Positions 30,218-40,580 are shown, counted from the first letter of the stretch. The stretch is DNA of 64,000 nt from Alphaproteobacteria bacterium (GCA_035437825.1 DAOMYX010000008.1:730-64729), one strand, 5' to 3'. Translations and numbers: made by a program. The notes: generated by a model from the letters alone, not told the origin.

Positions 30218-30256
30218 ATAGCGTCACTTCCTTTTTCAACACTGAGGTATAAAAGA

Positions 30257-30868
30257 ATGGCCACATCCAAGCGCGCGCCTGCGCATGAACTGACAAACGC
30301 CTTTGCCAATGCCGCCAACCATGAAGTCAAATACCGCGAAGGCCGCACGCGCGAACAACTCGCTGCTGCACGCAGCGCAGAAGCCGCACAAAAAGAAGCA
30401 GACCGCATTGCCGCTGCAAAAGCGAAACAGGACGCCGCTTACGAGAAAAAAATCCTGAAAATTTTTCAGGACGCCAAGAAAATCTACGACAAGGCCTTCG
30501 GCGATACCGGTAACATAGCTGTGCGGATTGAAGGCAACAAAATCAAAATAGAAGAAGTCGGCACGTCCTATCATCAGGCGCGCCAGTTTAATCCCGCCCC
30601 CACGCCGTTCGAGCCGAGCTGGCTTCACGGCGCTTACGGCAAAATCATTACCGTTAAAAACGGCGCGCTTTCCTATCGTAGCTGGGGTTCACGCGTCGAC
30701 CCCCAATACAGAAACTACCCCCTCAGCCTGACCGAAGAGCGCCTGCGCGAGGCCTTGATTAGCCCCGCACGCCTTGTCGGCGACAAAGCCAGCCTGGAAA
30801 GAATGGCCGCGCTGAGCGTACCTGCGCAGAAGAAAAAACCGCAAAACGCACCGCGTCCGCGCCGCTAA
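30257..30868 (+). CDS. Hypothetical protein
   Basis: 203 aa with a GAGG RBS. The N-terminus is Ala/Lys-rich and helical, and the tail is basic. I recognise no family. Confidence 0.55.
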   Translation: MATSKRAPAHELTNAFANAANHEVKYREGRTREQLAAARSAEAAQKEADRIAAAKAKQDAAYEKKILKIFQDAKKIYDKAFGDTGNIAVRIEGNKIKIEEVGTSYHQARQFNPAPTPFEPSWLHGAYGKIITVKNGALSYRSWGSRVDPQYRNYPLSLTEERLREALISPARLVGDKASLERMAALSVPAQKKKPQNAPRPRR

Positions 30869-30892
30869 ACGCGCCGGATGCAGGCAAACAAA

Positions 30893-30924
30893 ACCCCTGC
30901 CGTGACCGATACGGCGGGGGTTTT
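30893..30924 (+). terminator. Intrinsic terminator
   Basis: CCCCTGCCG-loop-CGGCGGGGG, followed by TTTTT. A second GC hairpin follows at 30931-30953. Confidence 0.7.
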
Positions 30925-31013
30925 TGCATTCGGGGGGCTTTTCATTCGCCCCCCGCCGCGCTAGGCTGGAGCATCCATTTACATGGAAATCCGCATAACA
31001 GGGAATATATGTC

Positions 31014-32567
31014 ATGAACCGCAAAGACAGGCGCGCCAGCGGGCTTAAAAACCAGAAACAGGAACAGGTCATCCTCGCCCTCAAAACCGCGCGCATGCTC
31101 AGCCAGCAGCATAAAAAAGCGGACGCGGACAAATATTTCATGGCCGCGCTGAAGCTTGACCCGGAAAACCGCAATGCCCTGCTGGATTTCGGCCTGCATT
31201 CACTCCAGAATAACGAGCTTAAAATGGCGCGGCTGATGCTCGGCGAGCTTGTACGGCTCTATCCGCGCGACAGCGCGGGATTGACCGCCCTCGCGACAGT
31301 CGAAATGGAAAACGGCGCGCGCGACAAAGCGTTCGAGCTGGCGCAAAAAGCCATGGACAATAACCCGACGGCGCAGGTCGTGGCCAAAATCGCCCTTCTC
31401 TACCGCAACGACGGCGACCTTGATACCGCGCGCGAATATCTGTATCGCGCCATCAAGATGGACGCGCATTATCCGACGCCCTATTTCCACCTGAACGACC
31501 TCAAGAAATACACGGCCGACGACGAAGACCTCGTCCACCTCAAGCGCCTTGTACAAAACACGCAGGGTATGACGCCGAACCAGAAGGTGATGATACACTA
31601 CGCCCTTGGCAAGGCGCATCTGGACATCGGCGACAGCGAAACGGCCTTTCGCCACTACACAGAGGCCAACCAGCAGCGCAAAGCCGGCGCCCCAAAATAC
31701 GATATGGACACCCACGAAAAATACATCGACAGCATCATCAGCGCGTTTGACGAAGAGGTGGTCAAAAAACTCGATGGCAAAACGCCCGCCGTCGAGGGGG
31801 CCCCGCAGCCCGTTTTCATCGTCGGCATGCCGCGCTCCGGCTCCACACTGGTTGACCAGATTATCGCCAGCCACCCCGACGCCGCCTCCATCGGCGAGGC
31901 GGTATATATTCCGCGCAGCATGCCGGTTTATCCGAACAAGGATATGCCCGCCGCGTTCGTCGGCAAAAGCGCCAGCATTTCGGCAGACATGCTCGCGCAA
32001 TTGACGCCGGAGGTGCTGCATCAATTCGCCAGCCGCTATTTCGCGCAATCGGCGCAGGCCAGCGCGGGCGCAAAATACCTCGTCGATAAAATGCTTTATA
32101 ACTATATCTGGGTCGGCATTATGCTGCTGGCCTTCCCCAATGCCAAAATCTTGCACACCCGCCGCGACCCGGTGGATACGGGGCTTTCCATCTGGACGCT
32201 GATGTTCAGCGATGGCAGCTATTGGTCATACGACCAGAAAGACATCGCGCGGTATCATCTGGCCTGCGACAAGCTGATGGCGCATTGGAAAAAAATATTC
32301 CCCGGCCGCATCATGGACGCCGTTTACGAAGATATGATTGAAGACCAGGAAGCGCAAAGCCGCCGCCTGCTGGAATTCTGCAACATTCCGTGGGATGACA
32401 AATGCCTGCGCTTTTTCGAAACCAAGCGCACCGTCAAAACATCCAGCGTCGGGCAAGTGCGCAAGCCGATTTACAAAGACTCCGTCAAGAAATGGAAAAA
32501 ATACGAATCCTATCTGGGCGATATGATTGATACACTGGAGCGCGGCGGATACAAACTGCGCGGTTAA
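31014..32567 (+). CDS. TPR-repeat protein with a C-terminal sulfotransferase domain
   Basis: 517 aa. The N-terminus has TPR-like repeats. The PAPS-binding motif is VFIVGMPRSGSTLVDQII. Confidence 0.85.
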   Translation: MNRKDRRASGLKNQKQEQVILALKTARMLSQQHKKADADKYFMAALKLDPENRNALLDFGLHSLQNNELKMARLMLGELVRLYPRDSAGLTALATVEMENGARDKAFELAQKAMDNNPTAQVVAKIALLYRNDGDLDTAREYLYRAIKMDAHYPTPYFHLNDLKKYTADDEDLVHLKRLVQNTQGMTPNQKVMIHYALGKAHLDIGDSETAFRHYTEANQQRKAGAPKYDMDTHEKYIDSIISAFDEEVVKKLDGKTPAVEGAPQPVFIVGMPRSGSTLVDQIIASHPDAASIGEAVYIPRSMPVYPNKDMPAAFVGKSASISADMLAQLTPEVLHQFASRYFAQSAQASAGAKYLVDKMLYNYIWVGIMLLAFPNAKILHTRRDPVDTGLSIWTLMFSDGSYWSYDQKDIARYHLACDKLMAHWKKIFPGRIMDAVYEDMIEDQEAQSRRLLEFCNIPWDDKCLRFFETKRTVKTSSVGQVRKPIYKDSVKKWKKYESYLGDMIDTLERGGYKLRG

Positions 32568-32595
32568 CGCGGCAGATACGCGAAAAATAAAACCG

Positions 32596-32934
32596 CTATT
32601 CCGCGACTGTCCAGCTGCGGCTGGTCACGGGGCCATTTGCGCCCATACCGCCGTAATAGGAATAATCGAACGTCACCACAGTTTCCGCGGCATATTCCGT
32701 TTTGCTTTGAATATCCACATCCCCGTAGGCCTCGGGGCAATCATCACCTGCGGCGCCGAAACCTGCGGTAACAGCCGCGTTATCCGTGCGCGCTTTTAAT
32801 ATCCAGCCGCCTTTTTCGTCCGGCGCGGCAGAAACAACCGTCGCCGTGCCGCGGCATTTCAGCCAGTTGCTGGCCGAGGCAGGGGCGGATGCAAAAATAA
32901 AAATCAGGCAAAGAATAAAAGGCGCGGCGGGCAT
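32596..32934 (-). CDS. Small secreted hypothetical protein
   Basis: 112 aa with a signal peptide (ILCLIFIFASAPASA) and two Cys. It is the last gene of a three-gene minus-strand operon. Confidence 0.55.
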   Translation of the reverse strand: MPAAPFILCLIFIFASAPASASNWLKCRGTATVVSAAPDEKGGWILKARTDNAAVTAGFGAAGDDCPEAYGDVDIQSKTEYAAETVVTFDYSYYGGMGANGPVTSRSWTVAE

Positions 32935-32952
32935 CGTTGCCTCCTCCCCGTA

Positions 32953-33135
32953 TCAGGATTTGTCTTTGCCGTCCAGAATATGCGCGGCAACGCCCGATGC
33001 GCTGGCGGCGGGCAAGCCGTGTTTCAGGCGCAGCAGGTTCAGCGCGCGCGCTTCTTCTTCGCTCAGCGCACGCGGGCCGATTTTGGCCATGAATTCGACA
33101 ATTTCTTCGGGGAGTTTTTGACCGGCGGCCATCAT
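32953..33135 (-). CDS. Small helical hypothetical protein, translationally coupled to the upstream 766-aa gene
   Basis: 60 aa. Its start overlaps the stop of 33132-35432 (ATGA). Confidence 0.45.
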   Translation of the reverse strand: MMAAGQKLPEEIVEFMAKIGPRALSEEEARALNLLRLKHGLPAASASGVAAHILDGKDKS

Positions 33136-35432
33136 CCGCGCCCTCCCGGTCCCTTCGGTTTTTCATTCCCCTGTTTTTCGGCGCGCATATCTTCGCCCGC
33201 TTGAATTTTTTTGCCGTCCGCACCGCCCAGAATAAAGGCCGCCGGCGCATTGCCCCCCATGGCATAACTGTTGAACGCCGCATAAAACGGGCGGGCGGGC
33301 GTATAATCCCCTTCCAGCCGTCCTTGTTTGTGCAGCTGGTGCAGCATGGCGCTGCGGTATTGCTCCATCATCGCATCCGCGCGGGTACGCAAACCACCGA
33401 TAAACGCACCGCCGCCCGTATCCGGCTGCTGCGGGTCATAACAGACCGCAGCGCTGACGACGACGGCATGAATACCGTTGACGCGCCCTTTGATGATGTC
33501 TTCACCGAAAGTATAGCTGCGCTCTTTCGGGTCGCGGATATCGCCGAAGGTATTGAGATTTTTTTCTTCCAGATACTGATACACGTCCTGATCAACATAC
33601 CCGCCGTTTTTGGACAGGAAAGGCGCAATCGGCGTTTTGTTCAAAAGCGTGATACGGGATTTAATCTCGCTGCGCGTCTTGTGAATGACGGCCTGCGATG
33701 CAAACCAGTTTTGCCCCTGCCCGTCGGTGCCCCCGGCGGGCAAAAGAACCGAAAAATTACCGCCGCCGTGATGCGCCATGGCAAAGCTTGAACGTGCCTG
33801 CCGCGGCACACCGGCCGCATGGACGGAACCGCCAATCACTTCATGCGCGATATGACGCAAAACGATGTCGGCGTTATGGTGGCCAAGCGCGCTGTTAAGC
33901 CCCGCAAGGTTATGCACGGAAACCGCGAGCGCATGCGGCATGACCTGCTGCACGCCTTTCAATCCGGCGGCGCGCAGGGCGGCATCCACATCAAATCCCG
34001 CGGCTTCCATCTGCGCGCGGAAATCCTGCGCATCTGCGGCGGCGTTATCAATCATGCGCACCATACCGACAGGCATCATCACCTGCGCGGACGGGTCTTC
34101 GGGCGCAAGGCCGCGCACGCTAAGCTTCAGGAAATGCAGCGCAGCGGGCGAAAGCGGAATCCCTTCTGCCTCGAAATGTTCAAGCGCACGCGCGACATAT
34201 CGCCGCTCCAGACTGTCCGACGGACGGATGCCCGCGGGCCTGTCGCGGCCACCCAGCTTGTCGGTATCCAGAATTTCCGGCAAGGTCGAAACCGCAACCG
34301 CCAGCTGGCCGAATTGCGCCCTGGCGCGCGCGGCGTAATCCTTGAAGCCGGCAATACCTTGCGGCAATTCGGGGTTATACTGCGGGTTCATATCGCGTAG
34401 CATCTCGGCCGCTTTATCGGCATTTTTCTGCGCGCGGGCGATTTCAAGGTCGATAGTATCATCAAAAGACAGCCCCAAAGGCATACGCAAAAGTCCCACG
34501 CGTATTTTACCCTCCGCCTCCGCCGCCACAGCATCGCGGTCAATCAGGCCAAGGCGCATCATGCCGATTTGCATTTTCATTTCGGTGATGCGGGCGTCCA
34601 GCTCCTGTATCAGCGTGCCCGGATTTGTAATCAGCTGCATGTCCTGCACAGCCAGCGCCGCACCGAAACCTGCACGGCGCGGGTCTTCGGGCGCTTTCAG
34701 GTGCGCATGGTCTTGCAAGCCCATGGCAGCAACCCGGCGTTCGATATGCGCATGCAGCGCGTCGGAAAGAGCCAGTTGCTCCGCCACCGTCCCTGCGCCT
34801 GTTATCAAAATGCGCAGTTCATCGCCGCCCGTGCGGATAGGCACGATACGGGCATCCGGATGCAGCGCGGCGATATCCGCCGTCATCCCAGCCGACAAAA
34901 CGCGCACGGCAAGGTCGGTCAGAACCTCCGCCTCGCGCTGCGGTATATCGACGGGCAGCACGGCTTTTTCGCTGGCCAGTTTCAGCCGGAAATAATCGTT
35001 GGTGCCGCCCATGTTTGAAAAATCGACTTCAACCATGGTCATCGGCATACCGGTTTCGCGCGCATACAAATGCCCAAGCGCGGTTGCCAGATACGCGTGT
35101 TCCTTGCTGAGATACCCTGTCACGGCTTCGGGTTTGTTGCGTGAAAGCTCCGTATCGCGAATGAAGCCTGTCAGACGCTCATCCGCACCCGGCAGATATT
35201 TTTCAATCAATGCAGCCTGCGTTTCGGCAGGCGTCAAAAAACCGCGGCGCTGCCAGATATCGTTCAGGTCTTTGAAAACGTCATCCTTGCCCGCGGGCAA
35301 ATGCGACAGGTCAGCCGATGGGAAGTCGCGCAGGATTTTCTCCCGCTGCGCATCGCCCAGCACGAAATGGCCGAAAAAGCGGTCAATGGAATCGCCTTCC
35401 AGTACCTGCTGCCATGCCCCCGTTCCGGCCAT
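33132..35432 (-). CDS. Large soluble protein with two GGDEF/palm-like nucleotidyl-cyclase domains (first GGDEL, second degenerate GGGNF)
   Basis: 766 aa. Domain 1 is MVEVDFSNMGGTND...IRTGGDELRILI...GFGAALAV (aa ~132-265). Domain 2 is LAVSVHNLAGLNSALGHHNADIVLRHIA...HGGGNFSVLL...GIHAVVVSAAV (aa ~500-665). It has no TM helix, signal peptide or sensor domain. Confidence 0.7.
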   Translation of the reverse strand: MAGTGAWQQVLEGDSIDRFFGHFVLGDAQREKILRDFPSADLSHLPAGKDDVFKDLNDIWQRRGFLTPAETQAALIEKYLPGADERLTGFIRDTELSRNKPEAVTGYLSKEHAYLATALGHLYARETGMPMTMVEVDFSNMGGTNDYFRLKLASEKAVLPVDIPQREAEVLTDLAVRVLSAGMTADIAALHPDARIVPIRTGGDELRILITGAGTVAEQLALSDALHAHIERRVAAMGLQDHAHLKAPEDPRRAGFGAALAVQDMQLITNPGTLIQELDARITEMKMQIGMMRLGLIDRDAVAAEAEGKIRVGLLRMPLGLSFDDTIDLEIARAQKNADKAAEMLRDMNPQYNPELPQGIAGFKDYAARARAQFGQLAVAVSTLPEILDTDKLGGRDRPAGIRPSDSLERRYVARALEHFEAEGIPLSPAALHFLKLSVRGLAPEDPSAQVMMPVGMVRMIDNAAADAQDFRAQMEAAGFDVDAALRAAGLKGVQQVMPHALAVSVHNLAGLNSALGHHNADIVLRHIAHEVIGGSVHAAGVPRQARSSFAMAHHGGGNFSVLLPAGGTDGQGQNWFASQAVIHKTRSEIKSRITLLNKTPIAPFLSKNGGYVDQDVYQYLEEKNLNTFGDIRDPKERSYTFGEDIIKGRVNGIHAVVVSAAVCYDPQQPDTGGGAFIGGLRTRADAMMEQYRSAMLHQLHKQGRLEGDYTPARPFYAAFNSYAMGGNAPAAFILGGADGKKIQAGEDMRAEKQGNEKPKGPGGRG

Positions 35433-35684
35433 CAGACGCCTCCGCCTATGCCGGACAAGGGATTGATTTTCTTTGCCTTATTCAAAATCAACCCTTTTTG
35501 CTTTACAGATTATAGCCCGTAAAGGCTTATTTTTTCTTAAATAATAGCACGATACAGGCAAATGCGCAGAACTATCGGAGGCCGTTTTGCGGCGCCGCAG
35601 CATGATTTAATGAAATTGAGCGTGGAAACAGCCGCCCTTTGCCCCTATGGTAAAAAGATTACGACACAACATATACGGATTTGA

Positions 35685-37823
35685 ATGTTCGTCCTGAAAC
35701 ACAACGACAGCTTCGCCATTATTGACGAACACGGCGACATACACGGCCGCAACGAAATCGACCACGACATCGCCGACGGGCTGATATGCCGCGACACGCG
35801 CCTGCTGGCGCGCAGCGAACTGCGCATTGATGGCCAAGCGCCCGTGCTGGTCGATAGCTACATCGACCCGTTCAACACCGTATTCGAAGCGAAGTTTCAA
35901 AAAAGCGCGGATGTAGAACAGCCGGAAATCTGGCGCAGCATTTTCCTGTGGCAGGATGCGCTTTACGAAGAAATCGCCGTGGTCAACCACAGCGGCGAAG
36001 ACATCCGCCTGAACATCGGCTATTTGCATGATGCCGATTTCAAAGACCTGTTTGAACTGCGCGGCGCGAAGCGTACAAAATCCGGCACACACGCGCAGCC
36101 TCAGCTGACAGACAGCGGGCTTCGTTTTGATTATACCGGCGCCGATAGCCGCCCGCGCAGCTGTTGCCTGTCGTTTTCACAAACGCCGTTGCAGAACGGC
36201 AATATGACGACGTTCACACTTGATGTGCCCGCGGGCGAAACCCGCAGCCTGCATATCTGCGCCAGCCATATTCCGGTACCGATAGGACAGGATATTTTCG
36301 ATGCGCAAAAGGCAGAAGCCCTCGCGCATATCCAGTCGCACCTGAACCGGCAGGCGGATATTCATTCGTCAAATCCGCAGTTCGATGAATGGACGCAGCA
36401 GAACGCCGTAGATATTGCGCTTTTGACATCGGACACGCCACACGGGCTTTACCCTTACGCGGGCATTCCGTGGTATAGTACCCCCTTCGGCCGCGACGGC
36501 ATCATCACGGCGTTTGAAATGCTCTGGCAAGACCCCGCCATCGCGCGCGGTGTGCTGCAGTTCCTTGCCGCCCATCAGGCGACGGAAACAAGCGCGTTTC
36601 ACGACAGCGCCCCCGGCAAAATTCTGCATGAAATTCGTCAGGGTGAAATGGCCGCCTGCGGCGAAATTCCGCATACCCCCTATTACGGCACGGCGGACGC
36701 GACGCCGCTTTTCGTGTTTCTGGCGGGCGCGTATCTGGAGCGCACGGGCGAAACCGATTTCATCGCCGGGCTGTGGCCGCAGATTGAAAAAGCCCTTGCA
36801 TGGATAGACACGCACGGCGACATCGACGGCGATGGTTTTGTCGAATACCAGCGCGGCGCGGAAAGCGGCCTTGGCAATCAGGGTTGGAAAGATTCTGTGG
36901 ATGCGATTTCGCATGAAGACGGCACGCTGGCCGAAGGCAGCATCGCCCTTTGTGAAGTGCAAGGCTATGTCTATGCCGCCCGCCGCGCGGCATCCAGCAT
37001 CGCCCGCGCCCTTGGCAAGCCTGACACCGCCGTTGCCCTGATGCAGCAGGCGGAGCAGTTGAAACAGCAATTCAACGATATTTTCTGGCAAGAAGACATG
37101 GGCATTTATGCCCTCGCCCTCGACGGCGACAAGAAACCGTGCCGTGTGCGCGCCTCCAACGCTGGGCACTTGCTGTTTTGCGGCGTGGTGCCGGAGAGCC
37201 GCGCGGAGCGCGTGGCCGATATGCTGATGGCAGATGACATGTTCAGCGGATACGGCATCCGCACGCTCGGCAGCGGCGAGAAAAGATACGAGCCCGTAAA
37301 AAATCCACAAGGGTATCACAACGGCACGGTCTGGACGCATGACACCGCGCTTTGCGCTGCGGGGCTGGCCAAATACGGGTTCGAAGACCGCGCAGCGAAA
37401 TTGATGAGCGCGCTTTTCGATGCCGCACAGCATTTTCCGCAAATGCGTTTGCCGGAATTATTCGGCGGGCTTGCACGCGAAGCCGGCATACCGCCCGCGC
37501 CCTACCCCGTCGCCTGCAACCCGCAAGCCTGGGCAAGCGCGTCGCAATCCTTGCTGCTTCAATCCATGCTCGGCCTGCGCATAGACGGCGCGGCCAAGAC
37601 CGTCACGCTGCACCGTCCGCAGCTGCCATCATGGCTGACAGAACTGGAAATCAACGGCCTGCGCGTGGACGATGGCGAAATCTCGCTCCGCTTCCAGCGG
37701 CACGACGACGGCGTTGACATCACCCGCACCGGCGGCAGCCCCGATATCCGCCTTGATATCGAATGGCCGGAGGAAATCGGCGATATTCGCCACACCCCGC
37801 CTGCAAAAAAAGCGCAGATGTAA
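35685..37823 (+). CDS. Amylo-alpha-1,6-glucosidase / glycogen-debranching-enzyme family protein
   Basis: 712 aa. The N-terminal domain reads FVLKHNDSFAIIDEHGDI...GLICRDTRLL. The (alpha/alpha)6 C-terminal domain reads IPWYSTPFGRDGIITA, GWKDS, YHNGTVWTHD. Confidence 0.88.
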   Translation: MFVLKHNDSFAIIDEHGDIHGRNEIDHDIADGLICRDTRLLARSELRIDGQAPVLVDSYIDPFNTVFEAKFQKSADVEQPEIWRSIFLWQDALYEEIAVVNHSGEDIRLNIGYLHDADFKDLFELRGAKRTKSGTHAQPQLTDSGLRFDYTGADSRPRSCCLSFSQTPLQNGNMTTFTLDVPAGETRSLHICASHIPVPIGQDIFDAQKAEALAHIQSHLNRQADIHSSNPQFDEWTQQNAVDIALLTSDTPHGLYPYAGIPWYSTPFGRDGIITAFEMLWQDPAIARGVLQFLAAHQATETSAFHDSAPGKILHEIRQGEMAACGEIPHTPYYGTADATPLFVFLAGAYLERTGETDFIAGLWPQIEKALAWIDTHGDIDGDGFVEYQRGAESGLGNQGWKDSVDAISHEDGTLAEGSIALCEVQGYVYAARRAASSIARALGKPDTAVALMQQAEQLKQQFNDIFWQEDMGIYALALDGDKKPCRVRASNAGHLLFCGVVPESRAERVADMLMADDMFSGYGIRTLGSGEKRYEPVKNPQGYHNGTVWTHDTALCAAGLAKYGFEDRAAKLMSALFDAAQHFPQMRLPELFGGLAREAGIPPAPYPVACNPQAWASASQSLLLQSMLGLRIDGAAKTVTLHRPQLPSWLTELEINGLRVDDGEISLRFQRHDDGVDITRTGGSPDIRLDIEWPEEIGDIRHTPPAKKAQM

Positions 37824-37973
37824 ACCTGCCGAAGAGTCTGAAAAGAATCACGTTTTTCCAGCCACCCCTTTTTTATGCGATATGCGATTCGCAAAAGGCT
37901 TGCATGCGCCGCGCGCCTGATTCATTATCGGGATTGGGAGCACTTGGCTGATAACAAAAGAAGGGGAAAAACC

Positions 37974-38246
37974 ATGCCCGCAATGACATTTTCATCCGCG
38001 CCGATGCGCGTGACCTTTAAACCTGCGCCGCTGCGCGTAGCGCTTGCCGCTGTTTGTCTGATGTCGCTCGGCGCGTGCACCAATATGACGCATACGCAGC
38101 AGCGCGTGGTTTCAGGCGCCGCTGTCGGCGCTGCCGCCGGCCTTGGTGTGACCGCGGCAACGGGCGGCTGCATCAGCTGCGGTGCGGCTATCGGCACCGT
38201 CGTCGGCGCTGGCGTCGGCTACGTCATCGACCGCGCAAACCAGTAA
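37974..38246 (+). CDS. Glycine-zipper small lipoprotein (17-kDa-antigen-like)
   Basis: The start is the ATG at 37974 after an AAGGGGA RBS. It has lipobox LMSLGAC and Gly-zipper repeats (GAAVGAAAGLGV, GAAIGTVVGAGVG). Confidence 0.7.
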   Translation: MPAMTFSSAPMRVTFKPAPLRVALAAVCLMSLGACTNMTHTQQRVVSGAAVGAAAGLGVTAATGGCISCGAAIGTVVGAGVGYVIDRANQ

Positions 38247-38271
38247 ATTTCTTTTTCTACGGAGTTTTTTC

Positions 38272-39018
38272 ATGTTCGCCATGATGCAAAAAACACTTCT
38301 GGCGGGCGGATTTGCCTGCGCACTGCTGTTACCTGCCACCGCCATGGCGCAGGAACATCCGCTGCCGCAACCGCCGCAGGTTTTGGAAATCACCGTGCAG
38401 GAAAAAATCTCCGCCGCGCCGGATATCGCCTATATCAATGCAGGCGTCATGACCACGGCCAAAACCGCCGCAGAAGCGATGCAGGAAAACGCCCGCCGCA
38501 TGACCGCCGTATTCGACACGCTGCGCAAGGCAGGGATTGCAGACAAAGACCTCCAGACATCCGGCATCCAGCTGAACGCGCAGTATAATTACAGCGCCAG
38601 CAGCAGCGGCGATGGCCAGCCGAAACTGACAGGCTATCAGGCCGTCAACAGCGTCAATATTACCGTGCGTGACCTCGCCGCACTCGGCAAAACGCTGGAT
38701 GCGACCGTGAGCGCAGGCGTGAACCAGATTAACGGCCCCACGTTCGACGCCCAAGACCGCGAAGCGCATCTGGACAAGGCACGCGCCGCCGCCGTCACAA
38801 CCGCAAAAAAGCGTGCGGAAATTTATGCCAAGGCCGCAAACCTGAAATTGCGTAAAATCGTATCCATCAGCGAACAACCGCTGAACGGCGGCCCCGCCCC
38901 CATGCCCATGATGCGCGCCATGGCCATGGATAGCGCCGCCGCCGCACCGACGCCCGTCGCCCCCGGCATGCTGGACATCGGCCTTGCTGCCCTGATACGC
39001 TTCGAACTCGGAGAATAA
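38272..39018 (+). CDS. SIMPL (DUF541) periplasmic protein, BP26/OMP28-like
   Basis: The start is at 38272 (signal peptide MFAMMQKTLLAGGFACALLLPATAMA). SIMPL motifs are present (APDIAYINAGV...AMQENARRMTAV...GYQAVNSVNITV). Confidence 0.85.
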   Translation: MFAMMQKTLLAGGFACALLLPATAMAQEHPLPQPPQVLEITVQEKISAAPDIAYINAGVMTTAKTAAEAMQENARRMTAVFDTLRKAGIADKDLQTSGIQLNAQYNYSASSSGDGQPKLTGYQAVNSVNITVRDLAALGKTLDATVSAGVNQINGPTFDAQDREAHLDKARAAAVTTAKKRAEIYAKAANLKLRKIVSISEQPLNGGPAPMPMMRAMAMDSAAAAPTPVAPGMLDIGLAALIRFELGE

Positions 39019-39038
39019 TTACCGGAGTTCGCCCGCGC

Positions 39039-39794
39039 ATGCACCGCCGCCATAAAAAACCCTATGCCGTCATTTTCATTGCCATCCTGCTTTTGGTGGT
39101 GTCCGGCGCGCTTTGGGATATGCACAAACTGGAAAATCCGGACATCGAGCCGAAAGTCGCCCTGCGCTATCATTTCGTGGACGACGCTGGCGATTTCGCG
39201 CGCCTGCCGCGCGACACCAGCCCGCTGTTTATGAAAGTCGGCGCGATGGAGCGGCACGAAAACGGCGATTATGCCCTCCTGAATAACGACATCGAGCCGA
39301 TAACCCTGCCGCAGCGCGAAGTGAATATCGTTATATCCTTCGCCGACCTGCCGGACGGCATGGCCAGCTTCGGCATGGCTATCGAGCGGGAAATCACCCG
39401 CTGGAAACGCAAAAACAATAAAATCGTCGAAATCGTGCTGGACTGGCAAACCGACAAGCCGGACACCGCGCGCCTGCTGGCCGCCGCCACCGCGCTGCGC
39501 CAAAGACTGAAGCTGGATTACTGGGTCGGTATCACGCTGCGCCGCGCATGGTTTGAAAACGACCCCGCGCAACTTGAATCCCTCGCGGGCGTGCGGCCGG
39601 ACGGCGTCAGAAGTTATGTTTATTCGATACCGGAGGCCGCAAAAGACGGCGAAACGCTGGCGCAAACCCTCGGCGCACTTGACGCGTTTGGCATCCCTTA
39701 TCTTCTACGCGTGCAAGAACCGCCCAGCCCGAAAGAAGCCCAGCAGCTGATAGACAGTCACGAAAAACTTGTCGGCTTTATCGGCCAGCCCTGA
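39039..39794 (+). CDS. Hypothetical membrane-anchored protein
   Basis: 251 aa with an N-terminal TM anchor (YAVIFIAILLLVVSGALW). I recognise no family with confidence. Confidence 0.6.
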   Translation: MHRRHKKPYAVIFIAILLLVVSGALWDMHKLENPDIEPKVALRYHFVDDAGDFARLPRDTSPLFMKVGAMERHENGDYALLNNDIEPITLPQREVNIVISFADLPDGMASFGMAIEREITRWKRKNNKIVEIVLDWQTDKPDTARLLAAATALRQRLKLDYWVGITLRRAWFENDPAQLESLAGVRPDGVRSYVYSIPEAAKDGETLAQTLGALDAFGIPYLLRVQEPPSPKEAQQLIDSHEKLVGFIGQP

Positions 39795-39858
39795 TATTGC
39801 CGCAAGCGGCATTCCCCCTATATAATCATCCGCATCAACCTTATGCGGAGAGATAGAC

Positions 39859-40323
<465 letters not shown>

Positions 40324-40546
40324 AACAGTGCCATAAATACAAAAACCTCAGATTTTTCTTTTAAAGTGAAAAATTAAAAAAGGGTAAAGATTCCACTTGC
40401 CGAATCGATTCAAGTTATGTAATTTTTGAATCACTACAAAGAATTCCAGATTTGAATTGGCTGAACCTCTGGTTCGCCAGGGTAACCGAGCAGGCAGCTA
40501 AACTCCCCTGAAACCCCAAAACCCCACTTGGTTACCCAAAAATCCG

Positions 40547-40580
40547 AAAACCCCCGGCACAGCGTCCGGGGGTTTTTGTT
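40547..40580. terminator. Bidirectional intrinsic terminator
   Basis: CCCCCGG-8 nt loop-CCGGGGG, with a T-run on both strands. It is downstream of the response-regulator gene (minus strand) and at the end of the candidate sRNA (plus strand). Confidence 0.75.

Noticed and set aside
31200-32156. Other long antisense ORFs: 31200-32156 (-), 36369-37442 (-), 38823-39665 (-), 48221-49153 (-), 49930-51021 (-), 58502-59401 (-), 59948-61099 (+), 15630-16727 (-)
   Set aside because: All lie opposite genes with clear family signatures and have the skewed amino-acid composition typical of reverse-frame translation.
40455-40545. Identifying the intergenic RNA candidate as SRP (4.5S) or 6S RNA
   Set aside because: The stretch CCAGGGTAACCGAGCAGGCAGC only loosely resembles the SRP domain IV motif (no GGAA tetraloop or AGCAGCC context). 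The overall fold is not a single long hairpin. I leave the identity open.
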